48,485 nt of DNA from contig NC_069007.1 in assembly GCF_001194135.2 (NCBI RefSeq), forward strand, positions 1,079,679 through 1,128,163. The letters are read 5' to 3'. The notes beneath the pieces were generated by a model. That model ran no database searches and had not been told where the DNA came from. It saw nothing but the letters and a program-made list of their open reading frames with translations. Each line of letters starts with the position of its first letter. The first letter of the stretch is position 1. Shown here piece by piece: positions 45,149 to 48,485 of this stretch. The position numbers and the translations under genes were made by a program. The DNA is from Octopus bimaculoides (lineage: Eukaryota).

Positions 45149-46131
45149 NNNNNNNNNNNNNNNNNNNNNNNNNNNNNNNNNNNNNNNNNNNNNNNNNNNN
45201 NNNNNNNNNNNNNNNNNNNNNNNNNNNNNNNNNNNNNNNNNNNNNNNNNNNNNNNNNNNNNNNNNNNNNNNNNNNNNNNNNNNNNNNNNNNNNNNNNNNN
45301 NNNNNNNNNNNNNNNNNNNNNNNNNNNNNNNNNNNNNNNNNNNNNNNNNNNNNNNNNNNNNNNNNNNNNNNNNNNNNNNNNNNNNNNNNNNNNNNNNNNN
45401 NNGTGTTTGTATGTTTGTTTCTGTTGTTTTTGTTTTTCTTTGCGTTTATATCAGTATTTATTATTTTAACGCTGTTTTCTTGCTTTTTTACTATCACTTT
45501 ACTCATTTTCGATTCTTTTTTCCCCACCAACGAAAGTCGTGTAATACAATCACGCATTATTACAGCGAAAAATGGCAAAAATAGAAAAATAAGTCGTTGT
45601 TCTTTGATATTTTCGAGAAATATCTTGCGAGAAAAATTACTTTTTAACCGATTACCAATTCCTGATTTCACAGACTTTCGATTCTATGTTTTTTTTTTTT
45701 TATATATAATTTCTTGTTTTTTATCTGTTTTTTTTTGTTGTTGTTGTTGTTATTCTGCGATGATGATATTTTCGTTATTTGCCTCTGTGTATATGTTTAT
45801 ATATGCGTGTATGTATGTATATGTGTGAATGCATCTGCATTTATAAACATGTGTATAGTTTAGTACTGTTAGATTTATCCCCAGGTCAGATCTGATCCAA
45901 CAGAATACTCATCAAAATTGAACCCAGATGTGGCCATCTCAGCGTTCAGGAACAACAGACTCTACATTATCCAACGAATTTGATTTCATTGAAGAGTACG
46001 GGAAGCGTTAGAGTGGAGGCATTAGCTAGTATTTTAACCGCAAAACCGGACTTAACGGAAATACCCACGTCTATTCAGTACAACCCACATCTGAGGCGTC
46101 TGTGAGGCATTTGAAATCTTCGCATTCTAAA

Positions 46132-46316
46132 TAGGCGCAGGCGTGGCTGTGTTGTACGGAGCTTGCTTCCTAATCACATGGTTTCGGTTTCAGTTCCACT
46201 TGTGGCAGTTTAGGAGAGTGTCTAATAATATAGCCTCGGGTCGACCAAAGTCTTGTGATTAGATGTGGTAGGCGAAAACTGAAAGAAGCCCGTCGAATAC
46301 CAGTGTGGAGGTGGGC

Positions 46317-46351
<35 letters not shown>

Positions 46352-46437
46352 CGCGCGTCTCACCAGCGTTTAACAGACGGCATCGGTTTGTTTATGTTCC
46401 GCAAGTTAACGGTTTGGCAAAAGAGACCGATAGAATG
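46132..46437 (+). mobile_element. SINE family B with internal (GT)n, tail truncated
   Basis: ggcgcaggcgtggctgtg...atagcctcgggtcgaccaaag...gaaagaagcccgtcg...(GT)n...ggtttggcaaaagagaccgatagaat. Confidence 0.9.
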
Positions 46438-46473
46438 AAAGGCAAAGTTGACTGCGGCGGAATTTGAATATGG

Positions 46474-46673
46474 TAATAATAATATTCTTTTCTACTCTAG
46501 GCACAATGCTCGAAGTGTTTGGTGAGGGGGCCAGTCGATTAAATCGACCCCAGGACGCAACTGGTACTTAATTTATCGAGCCGGAAAGGATGTAAGGCAA
46601 AGTCGTCCTCGGCGAGATTTGAAATCAGAACACAAAGAGAGACGAAATGCCATAAAGCATTTCGCCCGGCCTA
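46474..46673 (-). mobile_element. SINE family A
   Basis: ttcttttctactctaggcac...gtcgattaaatcgacccc...ctggtacttaatttatcg...gcatttcgcccggc. Confidence 0.92.
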
Positions 46674-47181
46674 GTCATCGTATATATGTTCACAAAGCAT
46701 TAGTCCATAATTAGTATAGAAGTAAAAAACCCAATGTCATTAGTTAGGAGTCATGTGATTGTGAATTGACCATCTTAATGAAGCCACCATGTTATGACGT
46801 TTACCATATAAGGCAACCATACTCGTTTGGGATTTATGAAACAGATGACCGAAAATAATTTAAGTTTATGGGTGACGAAGGAGCGTGTAAATGAAAATTA
46901 ATTCAGAATCGGTAGAATATTTTGAAAGAAAAGGCGGAATAATATTCTAGAATAAATCATTAGTGTTATAATGTAACTCACAAAAGGAATCTAGAAACAG
47001 CTTATAAACCATAATTATTTTCTATGAGAAGTGGTTATCCATTTCGGTTAACACTGCACCAGTGTTGAAGAATGGGATGCTGCTAGTCTGCTCACCACGA
47101 CTCATCCTAACACGAAACTTGAATGATTGCCAGAGGGAAAAATTAGAGTGAGGGAGAAATGGCGAAATAGAGAAAGATTGA

Positions 47182-47198
47182 CGAAGAGAGAGAGAGAG

Positions 47199-47250
<52 letters not shown>

Positions 47251-47296
47251 AAGAAAGAAAGTGAGATCGAGAAAGATAGGGAGAGGAAAAAGAACA

Positions 47297-47346
<50 letters not shown>

Positions 47347-47400
47347 GAGAGAGGGAGAGAGCGCGAGAGAGAAAGAAGGTGTGAGAGTGTGAGAGAGATA
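47182..47400. repeat. (GA)n/(TA)n microsatellites
   Basis: Directly visible. Confidence 0.95.
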
Positions 47401-47989
47401 AATTGACTCCAGTATTTGGCTGTTATTTGATTTAACTTCAACCACAGTGGGGGAAAAAAATAATTCACCATCGGTGCCATTCGAACGTAGGAAGCAGGTA
47501 GCTGGAAATAAATCTAGGAAGCAAATCTTCTGCAGTCGCAATAATGACATTGAAAAATGCAGACACATCACAGTTGACTGATTAATAAATACGAATTCTA
47601 AACGATAGACGTCAATATTGTATTAACTCCACACAATATATTCCTCGTCTTCTAATGTTTAAAGGCAAAATAAAATCTCATAAATTTTGCACAGATTCTA
47701 AATGACTCACGTCAAAACAGTATGCAATAACAAGCATTCATATTTATTGCACATCTAGCTGTTGTATCATTTTAGTCGGTTTTATCGCACGTCGTATAAC
47801 ATTATCAAATAGAGATATTTTGGTTGCTTGCAATAAGAAGAAGCACAATGTTTATCGTTCACCTTGATTTGTTTTTATTTTTTTTATTTGATTTTCATTT
47901 TCATATTTTTGGGGGGGTTTTTTGTTTGTCTGTTAAATTTTTCTTTGTCTCTTATAAACAACAATCGATATAAGCACTACACGCAAGTA

Positions 47990-48040
47990 CAAGCACACAC
48001 ACGCATGGGCATACACGTACATACACACACACACACAGAG

Positions 48041-48103
<63 letters not shown>

Positions 48104-48485
48104 CATATATATATAGATAGATAAATAGATGGACATATCTGTATGAGCATGTGTGTGGAATTGTGCTTGGAAATATATACGTGTATGTATACATGCATGC
48201 ATTCATATATATATATATATACACACACATACTTATACACATACATATATATATATACACATACTTATATACATACATATATATATAAATACACATGCAT
48301 ACATACATACATATATATATATAAATACACATACATACATACATATATATATATAAATACACATACATACATACATATATATATATAAATACGCATACAT
48401 ACATACATATATATATATAAATACACATACATACATACATATATATATATAAATACACATACATACATACATATATATATATAAA
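47990..48485. repeat. (CA)n/(TA)n tract grading into a ~32-bp minisatellite (atacatacatacatatatatatataaatacac)
   Basis: The aaatac anchor recurs every 32 bp from about 48290 to the window end. Confidence 0.9.

Noticed and set aside
473-45828. Long ORFs containing X runs (e.g. 473..1183, 12704..13786, 22855..23624, 44986..45828)
   Set aside because: They are open only because N gaps contain no stop codons.
2467-48472. Dozens of YI/HT/CV-rich ORFs
   Set aside because: Translations of (TA)n, (CA)n and (GT)n microsatellites.

Overview
AT-rich eukaryotic draft-assembly sequence with about 16 N gaps (largest 526-1086, 12739-13574, 14500-14954, 20385-20780, 22969-23570). It is dominated by (TA)n/(CA)n/(GATA)n/(AAT)n microsatellites and degraded interspersed repeats. 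The repeat families and microsatellite load resemble what I recall from octopus (coleoid cephalopod) genomes; this is an inference, not a database result. No intact, recognisable protein-coding gene, rRNA, genuine tRNA or CRISPR array is visible, and nearly all ORFs in the track are microsatellite or N-gap artefacts. Supported content: (i) many copies of three tRNA-headed SINE families, here called A, B and C; (ii) a ~1.7 kb Helitron with both termini and a RepHel remnant; (iii) a second Helitron-type element and a HINE/Pearl-like element; (iv) a deleted Tc1/mariner nested in a SINE; (v) a LINE ORF2 3' fragment; (vi) two long fold-back elements; (vii) several low-confidence candidate exons of unknown host gene(s). 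I found no convincing novel multi-gene system. The best leads are the rolling-circle elements, the fold-back hairpins (possible dsRNA/ADAR substrates) and the orphan exon candidates. Repeat boundaries were set by eye and are approximate (about 10-20 bp) unless exact motifs are quoted.
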